NCBI GenBank assembly: GCA_963794325.1
Contig: CAWCDG010000005.1
Location: 352,001 to 416,000, forward strand
Direction of reading: 5' to 3'
Length of the DNA: 64,000 nucleotides
Source of the DNA: an uncultured delta proteobacterium
GTDB taxonomy: Bacteria > Desulfobacterota > Binatia > Binatales > Binataceae
The translations under genes and the position numbers were made by a program. Position 1 is the stretch's first letter. Each line of letters opens with the position of its first letter. Below, in pieces: positions 35,201 through 44,972 of this stretch. The notes beneath the pieces were generated by a model. That model was not told the DNA's origin. It worked only from the letters and a program-made list of their open reading frames with translations, and ran no database searches.

Positions 35201-36955
35201 ATGGCAAAAATCGACGGCGGCGAGATGCTGGTACGGACACTCGAGCATGAGGGCGTTCACGAAATTTTCACGCTCCACGGCGGCCATCTTGATGCGATCT
35301 ACGCCGCGTGCGCTGAGCATGGCTTGCGCGTGATCGACACTCGTCACGAGCAGGCGGCGGCGCACATGGCCGACGGATGGGCGCGCACGACTGGGCGTCC
35401 GGGCGTCGCCATCGTTACGGCTGGGCCGGGAGTCACCGACGCGGTCACCGGAGTCGCCAACGCGTTCATGGACTCGATCCCGATGATTCTGATCGGAGGG
35501 CGAAGTCCGTTAGCCGACGACGACAAGCTGCCGCTGCAAGCCGTCGATCAGATGGGCATCCTGCGCCCAATCACCAAGTGGGCGCGCAGCGTCACGCATA
35601 CCGAGCGGATTCCGGAATACCTGGCGGCCGCATTCCGCCACGCAACTACCGGCCGCCCCGGACCGGTGTTCCTCGAGCTGCCGATTGACGTGCTGTTTGC
35701 GCGCGTCGATGAAGAACGCGTCGAATTTCCCAGAGATCGGCTCAAGGAGCCGGCGGGACCGGGACGAGCCGCGCTCGCGCAGGCGCTCAAATGGCTTCGC
35801 GAGGCGAAGCGGCCGGCAATACTTGCGGGCGGCGGAGTATGGTTCGCGCAGGCCGCGGCGGAATTGACACGTTTTGCCGAGCTGACCAACACGCCGGTGA
35901 TGACCAACGCCAAGGCGCGCGGCTCGATTTCCGAGGAGCATCCGCTGTGCTTCGGCGGCTTCGGCGCGATTCATCCCACGATCCATGCGAAAAGCGGCGG
36001 CAGCGCCGATCTCGTAATTCTGCTCGGTACGCGAATTGGGATGTTCACCGGCGGTCGCAACTCGGTGATTCCCGGCGACGCACGCGTAATCCAGGTCGAT
36101 ATCGAGCCCGAGGAGATCGGGCGCAACCGGAACATTGAACTCGGCATCGTTTCGGACTGCGGCGAGTTCCTGCGCCAGGCCTGCGACGCGGCGAAAAACG
36201 AAAAGTTCGATCGTCACGAGGAATGGATCGAGCGGTTGAGCGCGGTCCGCAATGCGATGCGCCATCGCTTCGACGATGCACTCAAAGATCGGCCCGGCCC
36301 GATTCATCCGGCGCGGATGGTGCACGAGATCGCGAAGAGCCTAAGTCCCGATGCGATCGTCGTCGCCGACGGCGGCGAAACCGCCAATTGGATGTCGAAT
36401 GCATGGACCGCGCGACACCCCGGCCGATTCCTCTCGCATGGTTACCTCGGATGCCTTGGAACCGGCCTGCCTTTCGCGCTCGCGGCAAAAGCGGCGCATC
36501 CGGACAGCCAGGTTTTTTGCATCGTCGGCGACGGGTCGGCGGGACTCAATTTCGCGGAGTTCCATACCGCGGCGAAGAACAACCTGCCCATCACTGTCGT
36601 GATCAACAACGACCAGCAATGGGGGATGTCGAAGCACGGGCAGGAGCTGATGTGGGGGAAGGGCCGCAGCATGGCGACCGAACTCGGGATGGTTCACTAC
36701 GAACGCGCGGCTGAGGGTCTCGGCGCACAGGGCGAACTAATCGAGCGCGCGGCGGATATCGCACCTGCAATGAAGCGGGCGCTCGCATCAGGACGGCCCG
36801 CCTGCCTCAACGTCGTCACAGACCGCGATGTGATCGAGCCGGGCACTCTCGCGATGTACAGCGCCGGCCTTTCCGGACCCGCAAAGGAAAAACCAAAGCC
36901 CGACGCCGGCGGAGAAACTACGCTGCCCTATTACGGAAAGCGGAAGCTTGATTGA
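35201..36955 (+). CDS. ThDP-dependent enzyme, benzaldehyde lyase/2-hydroxyacyl-CoA lyase-like
   Basis: FTLHGGHLD, DTRHEQAA, FLSHGYLGCLG, GDGS...NNDQQWGMS, C-terminal PYY. Confidence 0.85.
   Translation: MAKIDGGEMLVRTLEHEGVHEIFTLHGGHLDAIYAACAEHGLRVIDTRHEQAAAHMADGWARTTGRPGVAIVTAGPGVTDAVTGVANAFMDSIPMILIGGRSPLADDDKLPLQAVDQMGILRPITKWARSVTHTERIPEYLAAAFRHATTGRPGPVFLELPIDVLFARVDEERVEFPRDRLKEPAGPGRAALAQALKWLREAKRPAILAGGGVWFAQAAAELTRFAELTNTPVMTNAKARGSISEEHPLCFGGFGAIHPTIHAKSGGSADLVILLGTRIGMFTGGRNSVIPGDARVIQVDIEPEEIGRNRNIELGIVSDCGEFLRQACDAAKNEKFDRHEEWIERLSAVRNAMRHRFDDALKDRPGPIHPARMVHEIAKSLSPDAIVVADGGETANWMSNAWTARHPGRFLSHGYLGCLGTGLPFALAAKAAHPDSQVFCIVGDGSAGLNFAEFHTAAKNNLPITVVINNDQQWGMSKHGQELMWGKGRSMATELGMVHYERAAEGLGAQGELIERAADIAPAMKRALASGRPACLNVVTDRDVIEPGTLAMYSAGLSGPAKEKPKPDAGGETTLPYYGKRKLD
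36886..36955 (+). repeat. 3' end of the ThDP gene, direct repeat copy 1
   Basis: gaaactacgctgccctattacggaaagcggaagcttgattga; second copy at 38098-38139. Confidence 0.85.
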
Positions 36956-36992
36956 AGAGATTTGAACCTTGCCGGCCGCGAACGCCGCCGAC

Positions 36993-37029
36993 GTATCCGA
37001 AGTAACGCAGCACTGGTTCCATCGGACAC
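36993..37029. promoter_or_regulatory. Tandem 14-bp palindromic boxes upstream of the Crp gene
   Basis: GTATC-CGAA-GTAAC (36993-37006) and GTTCC-ATCG-GACAC (37016-37029). Confidence 0.5.
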
Positions 37030-37177
37030 ATTTTCCGAGGACCAAGTTGCCCCTTATTCGATCTCATCCGCCTTTCAGACGCCCAAACTTGGCGAAAAGT
37101 CATTCAGCAGGCTCGGGCGTTTGGTACGCGCCTTGCTGCTCTTCCTATGGGCGTTTTAGTCACGGGAGGAGGACGGA

Positions 37178-37963
37178 ATGGACAGACGGAAAAACGGGAC
37201 ATGGACAGATTTCGATTTGCTGAATCAGTTGAATCCCCTGTCGTTTCTGTCACCCCTCGCGATGCACGAGCTCGCAAGCGGACTCAATTCGGCAAACTTC
37301 AGAAGGGGCGCGCTTATCCTTCCTGAAGAGGAGCTCGCCGCAGGTGTCCATATCCTGCTGAGGGGCGTTGCGAAGATTACTTGCCTGAACACGGCTGGTC
37401 AGCGTGTAACCGTAAATTTACTCGCGCCAGGTCCAATCCCGCAGTTTGTTTGTCACCCAGCCCACGCGTGGCATTTTCGATGCGAGGCTCATAGTGATTG
37501 CAGGGTCGGCAGTCTGAGCTGGGAGCAATTCGACGTCATCACCAGGGACGCGCCGAGATCTGACCTAAGAAAATTTCACGAAAACAATCTTACGGAATGG
37601 TATCGGTTCTTCGGAGGGAGCCTCGACCTTCGCGAGCGCCTTTTGCTGACGCTTCGTAAATTGTGTTCGATCTTTGGAGTCAAAGATTCCCGAGGTACGC
37701 TCTTGCGAGTCTTCCTCAGCCACAACGATTTGGCCGGCCTGGTGGGTGCGACACGGCCGAGAGTCACCGAGCATATAGCCGAGTTCGAGCATGAGCATCT
37801 GCTTATTCGCCAAGGCCGGCAAATGATTGTGAAGCTGGACAAGCTCGATAAATCGATCAACTTCCCACCGCACAAGTCGAATGACTCACCGTCAAGAACT
37901 GGTGTACCAATCCAGTTTCAGAAGGTAGCCCAGCTCTATAGTCGACGCTCGATGGCAGGGTGA
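37178..37963 (+). CDS. Crp/Fnr-family regulator (atypical), paralog 1
   Basis: ILLRGVAKITC, LLAPG, CEAHSDCRVG, HTH LSHNDLAGLVGATRPRVTEH; GGAGG RBS. Confidence 0.85.
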   Translation: MDRRKNGTWTDFDLLNQLNPLSFLSPLAMHELASGLNSANFRRGALILPEEELAAGVHILLRGVAKITCLNTAGQRVTVNLLAPGPIPQFVCHPAHAWHFRCEAHSDCRVGSLSWEQFDVITRDAPRSDLRKFHENNLTEWYRFFGGSLDLRERLLLTLRKLCSIFGVKDSRGTLLRVFLSHNDLAGLVGATRPRVTEHIAEFEHEHLLIRQGRQMIVKLDKLDKSINFPPHKSNDSPSRTGVPIQFQKVAQLYSRRSMAG

Positions 37964-38068
37964 CCCGGCCGGAGCAGGCGACCACCCGTCAAGAGCATCA
38001 GCAGCCACCACCGGGTCAGCAACCCGACAAGGCAGCACGGGGATGGTACTAGCAAACCGTAGTTGTGA

Positions 38069-38139
38069 GGAAAAAACCCTGGGCTGATACCGGCTGCGAA
38101 ACTACGCTGCCCTACTACGGCAAGCGGAAGCTGGATTGA
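38069..38139 (+). repeat. Orphan duplicate of the ThDP gene 3' end, copy 2
   Basis: Encodes ADTGCETTLPYYGKRKLD-stop versus PDAGGETTLPYYGKRKLD-stop; differences in the last 13 codons are synonymous. Confidence 0.85.
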
Positions 38140-38728
38140 GAGGTGGCGGCGCGGGCAGGTGGCCGAGCCCGCGGTCCGATCGCAGATAAGCTTTGGCGTC
38201 GCGAATCGCGCTGGCGAAACACGCCGACCCGTCGAAGTACGGGATCTTGTAGTGGCAGCATTCTCGGCGCAGGTATTCGCTGAAGATGCGAAGCTCGCCG
38301 ATCAGCTTGAGGAGACGGGCATCGTCGAGTTCTTCCGTCCAATCTATCACGTCCACGACATGCGCCCGGATCGCATGCAGCTTCTTTACCGGATCCACAT
38401 CCGCATAGCCGATGAAACAGGCCTTAACGCTGATCTGAGCACGGTCACCGAACTCCATCAGGTGCTTCGGTAAGAGCACGTCGCCTTCCAGCAGAAGATC
38501 CTCGCCGCTGTGCAATACATCGCTGGCAACCTTGCGGATCGTCGGCCAGACTACTTCCATCCTCTTCAACGCAGGATCGCTCACCCGCATCCCGAGTTCG
38601 GGCACCGCGCTCGCCAAACTGGCGATCAGAGTGTCGATCGAAAAGTACGGAAGTCCATGCTCGGCGAGCATTCGTCGAGCGAGCGTGGTTTTCCCCGAGC
38701 GCGGGGCGCCGCCGATCATATAGAGCAT
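38102..38728 (-). CDS. P-loop NTPase/small-molecule kinase
   Basis: YMIGGAPRSGKTT, FSIDTL, LLLEGD, IPYFD; start codon uncertain. Confidence 0.7.
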   Translation of the reverse strand: MLYMIGGAPRSGKTTLARRMLAEHGLPYFSIDTLIASLASAVPELGMRVSDPALKRMEVVWPTIRKVASDVLHSGEDLLLEGDVLLPKHLMEFGDRAQISVKACFIGYADVDPVKKLHAIRAHVVDVIDWTEELDDARLLKLIGELRIFSEYLRRECCHYKIPYFDGSACFASAIRDAKAYLRSDRGLGHLPAPPPLNPASACRSRAA

Positions 38729-38995
38729 CTGCTTTTACCTCGTAACGGCCTGCAGGCTGCCGCAACTTTAAGCAAGGTCTCTGCCAAAGATCGGCATTCG
38801 GAAAACCGCTCAAATGGAGAAGGATCTGAGTGTAAGCATATCTACCGATCGGTCGATAATGTATCCGAACGACCCAAGGGTGATTCGTTTCGCGCCACCG
38901 CGGAAACGTTCTATCGATGGGCAGTGCACTTTTGAATAAAGTCCTGGCAATGTTGGCGCCTGCGGGGTCCGGATGAAAATGCGAGGCAATGCAGG

Positions 38996-40009
38996 ATGAG
39001 TGACGCGGGAGCTGGAACACATGCCGCCTTGCCGATGCGCAAGGTACCGATCGATGTCATGCGCGCGGTGAGCATGCTCTACATCGTCGGATTTTGGCAT
39101 TTGCTCGATTATACGAAAGTCGGGACATGGCATTATAACCCGGTCACCTATCGCCTCACGGTTGGAGCGCTTTCCCTTTTCGTCCTGATCTCCGGCTTTC
39201 TGACCGGGCGCAAGGACGGCGGTCTGGCCCGAGGCGAAATCTGGAAATTCTATAAGACGCGGTTCTGGCGCATCTATCTCCCGTTCGTGATCGCCTCCGG
39301 CCTGTTTCTGGTCGCGGGCGTGAGCGACGCGGTTCCGCTCTTCAAGGGCGTCACACTCGTCGCCATGCTGCTCGCACCGCCGCCGTACACACTGTGGTTC
39401 GTAAACATGATCGTTCTCTTCTATCTGATTGCCCCGCTGCTCATCAGTTTGCGTGGGAACGAGGTGGCTTACGTCGCCTCATGCACGGCGATCGTCGGAG
39501 CCATGATTCTGTATCAAGCGGTGACGGGCAGGATAGACATGCGCCTTATCCTCTACTTCCCTTGCTTCGCTGCGGGCGTATTTCTGGCCGGCGGGGCCCT
39601 GCCGTCATCGACGCTAAGCCTCATCGGCCTCCTACTTCTCGCCGTTCTGTCTCTCGTGCCTACGCTGGCAGATCCTTCATGGAGCTTGGAGGGCGATCCA
39701 TGGGCGGCGCCTTGGGTGCTTTTCAGCTCTATCGCAGCCTTTGTTGTCGTGATGCGCGCTGGCCGGAATCTAAAGCCGCACGCGATTCTCACGCAGGTCA
39801 GCGATGCGAGCTTCTTCATGTACCTTCTGCATCGTCCCCTCTATATTTGGACGCAGTTTGTTTGGTTTCCGATCAGGGAGAATGAGCAGGTTCTTTATCT
39901 GTTCTTCGTATGCCTGCCGATTATCGGGATCGTGTCATGGCTTTGCCAGAGCGCTTACTCAGGATTTTTGCAACGGCGTGAGGTTCGAGTCGCAGCGTCG
40001 CCGGGATGA
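38996..40009 (+). CDS. Acyltransferase_3 family membrane O-acyltransferase
   Basis: IDVMRA..WH, FVLISGF, FYKTRFWRIYLP, LWFV, SFFMYLLHRP; about 10 TM helices. Confidence 0.88.
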   Translation: MSDAGAGTHAALPMRKVPIDVMRAVSMLYIVGFWHLLDYTKVGTWHYNPVTYRLTVGALSLFVLISGFLTGRKDGGLARGEIWKFYKTRFWRIYLPFVIASGLFLVAGVSDAVPLFKGVTLVAMLLAPPPYTLWFVNMIVLFYLIAPLLISLRGNEVAYVASCTAIVGAMILYQAVTGRIDMRLILYFPCFAAGVFLAGGALPSSTLSLIGLLLLAVLSLVPTLADPSWSLEGDPWAAPWVLFSSIAAFVVVMRAGRNLKPHAILTQVSDASFFMYLLHRPLYIWTQFVWFPIRENEQVLYLFFVCLPIIGIVSWLCQSAYSGFLQRREVRVAASPG

Positions 40010-40029
40010 CCACGGCAAAGTGCCGAAAT

Positions 40030-40752
40030 CTATTTCGTCCTGGCCTTGGTGTAGATCCCGTTGAAGCTGACGTTCAGCCCGCCGCAGTTGTTGTTATCCG
40101 ACGCGACCAGGTAGGGTCCGCGCCGATGAAGTTTAACCACGCAAGACGATTCGTCATTGCCTTCCCTGAACACCAACTCCTTCTGTCCCGCCGCCAAAGG
40201 AGCGCGAGCCGAAAAGGCTCCCTCATTGACGGTTTCAGCGGTTTGGTAGTAGGCCTGTCCGTCGCCGGTGACTTGTCCCGCGGCCGCCGTCTTTATCTCG
40301 ATAGAATCACTTTCGTACTTCCACGTTCCGATCAAGAAATCGACCGACATGCCGTTGTCCTCAGCCATCGCCTCAAGGTTCTCGACCGGAATGAAGCCGG
40401 CGACGATCTTGCCATTGGACCTGCCATAGTAAACGCATCGAAAACCTCGATTCGGTGGGCCCGCGAAAATGACATCACCGCTCACCAGGTAGGTTTTTTG
40501 ACGCGATCCGCACGGCTGGTCTTTCCGGCAGGGCTCAGTCTGCTTGTATAGATAGGCGCGCTCCGCACCCGAGCTTGGCTTGACCGCGAACAACGGAGCG
40601 TTTTCATAGGCAGAGTCATAGGTTAGACATTCCTGCTCCGCCTTGGGTTGTTCATCGGCGAAAGCGGTGGGAGAGCCTGGCAGTCCCGCTTCGAGCAGCA
40701 CCGCGAGCGAGAGTGTCAAAAGCGTTCTGATTACGGGTTGCGTATCTATCAT
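40030..40752 (-). CDS. Secreted Cys-containing hypothetical protein
   Basis: Start MIDTQP (40752), signal peptide, six Cys, C-terminal DNNNCGGLNVSFNGIY. Confidence 0.65.
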   Translation of the reverse strand: MIDTQPVIRTLLTLSLAVLLEAGLPGSPTAFADEQPKAEQECLTYDSAYENAPLFAVKPSSGAERAYLYKQTEPCRKDQPCGSRQKTYLVSGDVIFAGPPNRGFRCVYYGRSNGKIVAGFIPVENLEAMAEDNGMSVDFLIGTWKYESDSIEIKTAAAGQVTGDGQAYYQTAETVNEGAFSARAPLAAGQKELVFREGNDESSCVVKLHRRGPYLVASDNNNCGGLNVSFNGIYTKARTK

Positions 40753-40918
40753 TGTGGTCCCAAGGTTATCGGCGTCTGTTGCGGGCCGCCACCCGCCGGC
40801 GCTTGGTCGCGGAGAAACTTCGCTGGTACGACTTTTCAGCGGATGCGCTAAAATGAAAAAGCCGCGTGGCGGCTCAAGATCGAGGCAGACAAACCTGATT
40901 TGAGACGAATCGTTTGCC

Positions 40919-41692
40919 TTAGTGACGTCGCGGATCGACCCGCGGAACAAGCGCAGTGGCCTGAGCATTTATGGAATCGAGAAGCTTGGCGACCTTCACA
41001 ACCATTTGTCGTCCCTGGCGAATCATGAACTTTTCCCGTTCCAATCGCGCCAAATGCTCGGTGACTCTTGGGCGCGAGGCGCCCACCAGGTTGGCGATAT
41101 CCTTATGGCTGAAGGCTACCCGGAGCAGAATGCCCCGCGACTCCTCGACTCCAAAGTCCGAGCATAGTTCCAGCAGCGCGATGACTATTCGCTCGTGCAG
41201 GCCAAGGTTCATAAAACTCGAGCTGCGCAGGAGAAGGCGGTACCATTGCTTCAAGTCGTTGCTGTGAAATTGCCTGAAGGCGGAATCGGGAGCATTTGGG
41301 GTAATTCCGCCGAAATCAGCCCAGCTCACAGTTCCAACGCGGCAATCGTTGTACGCTTCGCATTGAAAACCGGATTGACTCAGCGGCAGCGTTGGGAAAT
41401 CTGGAATCGGCCCCGGCGCCAGCAGCGCCACCGTGACACGCTGGTTGCGCGCGGTGCGGCAGGTGACCCGCGCAATCCCTGAGATCAGAATGTGCGCACC
41501 TTCGGCCAGCGAAACGTCGCGCAGAATGAGAGCGTTTCGTTTGTAATTGGTAATCGAGAGCGCGCTCGCCAGAAGTCTGAGTTCAGACGGAGAGAGCCAC
41601 GACAAAGCTTTGATTCGGCTTAGTTTGTCGAGATCGGTTTCCCGAGAAGAATTTTTCTCATTCAAAATTGCACCGCGCAGGATCGAGCGCAT
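40919..41692 (-). CDS. Crp/Fnr-family regulator (atypical), paralog 2
   Basis: ILISGIARVTC, LLAPGPIP, CEAYNDCRVG, FSHKDIANLVGASRPRVTEH; start uncertain. Confidence 0.87.
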   Translation of the reverse strand: MRSILRGAILNEKNSSRETDLDKLSRIKALSWLSPSELRLLASALSITNYKRNALILRDVSLAEGAHILISGIARVTCRTARNQRVTVALLAPGPIPDFPTLPLSQSGFQCEAYNDCRVGTVSWADFGGITPNAPDSAFRQFHSNDLKQWYRLLLRSSSFMNLGLHERIVIALLELCSDFGVEESRGILLRVAFSHKDIANLVGASRPRVTEHLARLEREKFMIRQGRQMVVKVAKLLDSINAQATALVPRVDPRRH

Positions 41693-41766
41693 ATCCAGGG
41701 GCAAGCCTGAATAACGAGTGCGAATATGTTTCTAAGCTGAATGAAGTTAGGTTCAAGGCCAATTCC

Positions 41767-41780
41767 GTTACAAAAGGAAC
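41767..41780. promoter_or_regulatory. Palindromic box between divergent Crp genes
   Basis: GTTACAAAAGGAAC; identical 14-mer at 48729-48742. Confidence 0.55.
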
Positions 41781-41900
41781 AAATCCTCCGTTGTTTTATG
41801 GCACCAATTGTCGTCATATCCGGCGACTCTGCTCGACGCCCGCGGTCGGACGGATTCGATTAAGCTTAAGGGACAAGAGTTCGCTTCAATCTTTGTAGCT

Positions 41901-42650
41901 ATGCCATCACGCTCGAAACCCGGCAAATCCGTCAGGCAACGTGGGGCCAGGCCTCCTCAGCCTCGCGCATTCAACCCTCAAGATTTAGGGAAATTGAAAG
42001 GGCTGGCGGGTCTTTCCGTGCGCAAATTGGAGGCCTTGCGCGCCAGGATGAAGATTCGGCAGTTTTCCAGACACACTATCGTCTACAAGGAGGGGGAATC
42101 GGATGACGCCGTGTTCGTCCTGCTCTCGGGCATCGCCCGGCTGGTCTTCCTCAACCGAAAAGGAAAACGCAATCTGCTCGAAGTGCTGGGACCCGGCGAC
42201 GTGATCCAAATTCCGTCATTGTTGCCCGACATTCATCACAGACTCACTTGCGAGGCCTTTACGGATTGTCAAATCGGGTTGATAAGCCCAACCGCGCTGG
42301 TGGAGGGCGTCGTCGGCATTCCGTTCCGCGATTTCGGCGAAGCGCTCAATCTGACCGTCGGCCGATGGTGGGCGCTGCTGGAGCGCCATTCAAACTTTCT
42401 CAGCCAGACGGTTCGAGAGAAAATCATGCTCGCCTTGCTCGATCTCGGCCGCAAGTTCGGTCAGCGAGACGACCACGGGATAATCATAGATCTGGGTCTA
42501 AGTGGTAAGGACATCGCGGACCTCGTGGAGAGCTCGCGGCCGAAAGTGAGCGAGTGCCTCAAGCAACTGGTTGCTGAAGGCGTGGTGAAGCGCGACCACC
42601 GCCGTTTCATCATCGACTCGGCAAAAATCCAGACCAGCCTGCGCTCATAA
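41901..42650 (+). CDS. Crp/Fnr-family regulator (atypical), paralog 3
   Basis: VYKEGE, VLLSGIAR, LGPGD, CEAFTDCQIG, LSGKDIADLVESSRPKVSEC. Confidence 0.87.
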   Translation: MPSRSKPGKSVRQRGARPPQPRAFNPQDLGKLKGLAGLSVRKLEALRARMKIRQFSRHTIVYKEGESDDAVFVLLSGIARLVFLNRKGKRNLLEVLGPGDVIQIPSLLPDIHHRLTCEAFTDCQIGLISPTALVEGVVGIPFRDFGEALNLTVGRWWALLERHSNFLSQTVREKIMLALLDLGRKFGQRDDHGIIIDLGLSGKDIADLVESSRPKVSECLKQLVAEGVVKRDHRRFIIDSAKIQTSLRS

Positions 42651-42853
42651 CGGATTTTCTCCTGCGACGACTCTTTCGGTTCCTCGGAGCTCAATCCTGA
42701 TAGCAGCAGCCGACGTCGATACTCGATCATCGTTGTCGCGACTGCTGTATAGTAGTACGAAATATTTTCTCGCCATCGCGCCGGTCTCTCGCCCCTGCGT
42801 GTTTCAAAAAAATTAATCGGGCGCGGTGGCCGCTCGGAGCAAGGTCCAGATAA

Positions 42854-44092
42854 ATGACTATCGCTCTCAAAGCTGCACGGATCTTCGACGGCAAGTCGGA
42901 TCGGATTGAAGCAAGTGGCGTGCTCCTGATCGAGGGAGAAGAGATCGCCGCATGCGCCCCCGACCTGCAAGTCCCGGCCGGCGCCGAACTGATCGATCTC
43001 GGCGATGTGACGCTGTGTCCCGGCTTCATCGATGCGCACACTCATCTGACAGTTGGGGTGAAATCCTATAACGAGTTCTTCATCGATCGCTTTCGGCAGC
43101 ACGTCGCGGAGAAAGCGTACCAGGCGGCGGTCCATGCCCGCGTCACGCTGGAGGGCGGCTTCACCACGGTGCGCGACGTGGGATGCCTGTATCCCGACAG
43201 CTTTATCGATGTGAGCCTGCGCAATGCGATCGCCAAGGGACAGCTCCCGGGTCCGAGGATGCTGGTGGCGATCAATCTTATCGGCGCGACCGGTGGGCAT
43301 TCCGATCGCAATGCAGGCCTTCACTTCCGCGCCACCGGCAGAGAGTCCGACTACACTGACGGCATCGCGGACAGTCCGGCCGGCCTGCGCAAGGCGGTGC
43401 GCTTCAACGTGAAGTACGGCGCCGACGTGATCAAGTTTTGCGCGTCGGGCGGCGTCATGTCGCTGGCCGACGAGGTCGATACTCCACAGCTGACGCTCGA
43501 TGAAATGACGGCCGTGGTGGACGAGGCGCATCGGCTGCGCAAACGGGTCGCGGTCCATTGTCATGGCGACTCCGCTGCGCGCGACGCGATCGAAGCGGGG
43601 GTTGATTCCATCGAGCACGGCACCTTTCTCCGCGATGAGACGCTCGAAGCGATGAAGGCAGGCGGGGTTTACCTGGTGCCGACGCTGTTGGTTCAGCATC
43701 AGCTTGGGCGCGGGTTGGATCGGCTGCCGCCCGAGCTGGCCGTCAAGGCCCGCCAGGCAATCGAAGCGGCGCCCGGGATGGTCAGGCGCGCGCTGGAGAT
43801 CGGAGTGAAGATCGCGCTTGGCACCGACTCTGGAGTTTGCCGCCACGGAATAAACGCTCGCGAGATGGGTCTGTTGGTGAAGGCCGGCATGAGTCCGATC
43901 GCCGCGCTCAAGAGCGCCACCTCGGTGAACGCTGAACTGCTCGGTCTCAGCGGGAAGATCGGAACGCTGGAAGCGGGCAAGCGTGCCGATATCATTGCGG
44001 TGCCGGGCGACCCCGGCAACGATATCAGGGTCACCGAAAGAGTGGTGTTTGTAATGAAGGACGGAAAAATTGTCAGGAACGCCGACCGCTGA
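42854..44092 (+). CDS. Metal-dependent amidohydrolase (Xaa-Pro dipeptidase/ochratoxinase-like, M38)
   Basis: PGFIDAHTH, GFTTVRD, TGGHSD, ADVIKF, VHCHG, SIEHG, GTDSG, GKRADII. Confidence 0.9.
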   Translation: MTIALKAARIFDGKSDRIEASGVLLIEGEEIAACAPDLQVPAGAELIDLGDVTLCPGFIDAHTHLTVGVKSYNEFFIDRFRQHVAEKAYQAAVHARVTLEGGFTTVRDVGCLYPDSFIDVSLRNAIAKGQLPGPRMLVAINLIGATGGHSDRNAGLHFRATGRESDYTDGIADSPAGLRKAVRFNVKYGADVIKFCASGGVMSLADEVDTPQLTLDEMTAVVDEAHRLRKRVAVHCHGDSAARDAIEAGVDSIEHGTFLRDETLEAMKAGGVYLVPTLLVQHQLGRGLDRLPPELAVKARQAIEAAPGMVRRALEIGVKIALGTDSGVCRHGINAREMGLLVKAGMSPIAALKSATSVNAELLGLSGKIGTLEAGKRADIIAVPGDPGNDIRVTERVVFVMKDGKIVRNADR

Positions 44093-44103
44093 GGCAGTAA
44101 GAA

Positions 44104-44952
44104 ATGCGGGTTGATATCGGCGGTTGCAGGATGTTCTTCGATGTCGAAGGGGCCAAGCTGCGGCCCGACGGACCGCGGATGCGCGAGGTGCCTACCCTGC
44201 TCTTGTTACATGGCGGCCCCGGCGCCGATCATTCGATCTTCAAACCCGCATACTCGCAGCTCGCCGACATCGCGCAAGTCGTTTATTTCGACCATCGTGG
44301 CGATGGACGCAGCGACGGGCGCGACGACTCCGAACAATGGAGGCTTTCGCAGTGGGGCGATGACGTAAAGGCGCTGTGCGACGCGCTCGAGATAGAACGG
44401 CCAATCGTCATGGGGGTGTCGTTCGGCGGTTACGTCGCGATGTCTTACGCGCTGCGCCATCCACAACATCCCGCCAAACTGATTCTTTGCAGCACGGCGG
44501 CATCGCCCAGCAAGAAAGAGATACAGGTCAAAGTTTTCGAGGGGCTCGGTGGAGCGGCGGCCGGTGCGGCAGCGAGAGCATTTCTCGAGGATCCCACGCG
44601 GGATGCAACGCGCGAGTTTCGGCGCCTATGCGGCCCGCTCTATCACCGCAGTCCCCACGACCGGAACATCGATGCGCGCACGATCTGGAATCCGCGCTTG
44701 ATGGCTGCATTCCGCCGCGGCGAGAGAGAGTCGATGAACTTCCTGCCGGAACTCCACCGGATCAAGTGCCCGACGCTCGTGATGGTAGGCGAGGACGACC
44801 CGATGACGCCGGTAGCGTGCGCCGAAGAGATCGTCGCGGCGCTGCCACCGGAGCTGGTGCGCTTCGAACGATTCGCCGGCGCTGGCCACGGCATCGTCGC
44901 CGATCAGCCGGAACGATTTTTTGAAGTGATCCGCGCGTTCATCGCCGCGTGA
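44104..44952 (+). CDS. Alpha/beta hydrolase (proline iminopeptidase-like)
   Basis: LHGGPG, DHRGDGRS, GVSFGG, GEDD, GH. Confidence 0.88.
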   Translation: MRVDIGGCRMFFDVEGAKLRPDGPRMREVPTLLLLHGGPGADHSIFKPAYSQLADIAQVVYFDHRGDGRSDGRDDSEQWRLSQWGDDVKALCDALEIERPIVMGVSFGGYVAMSYALRHPQHPAKLILCSTAASPSKKEIQVKVFEGLGGAAAGAAARAFLEDPTRDATREFRRLCGPLYHRSPHDRNIDARTIWNPRLMAAFRRGERESMNFLPELHRIKCPTLVMVGEDDPMTPVACAEEIVAALPPELVRFERFAGAGHGIVADQPERFFEVIRAFIAA

Positions 44953-44972
44953 GCGGACAACGAACACGACTC

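Noticed and set aside
41799-41815. TGGCAC as a sigma-54 promoter
   Set aside because: No TTGC/GC at the -12 position
42461-43846. 461-aa minus-strand ORF
   Set aside because: Antisense shadow of the amidohydrolase in high-GC DNA; no motifs
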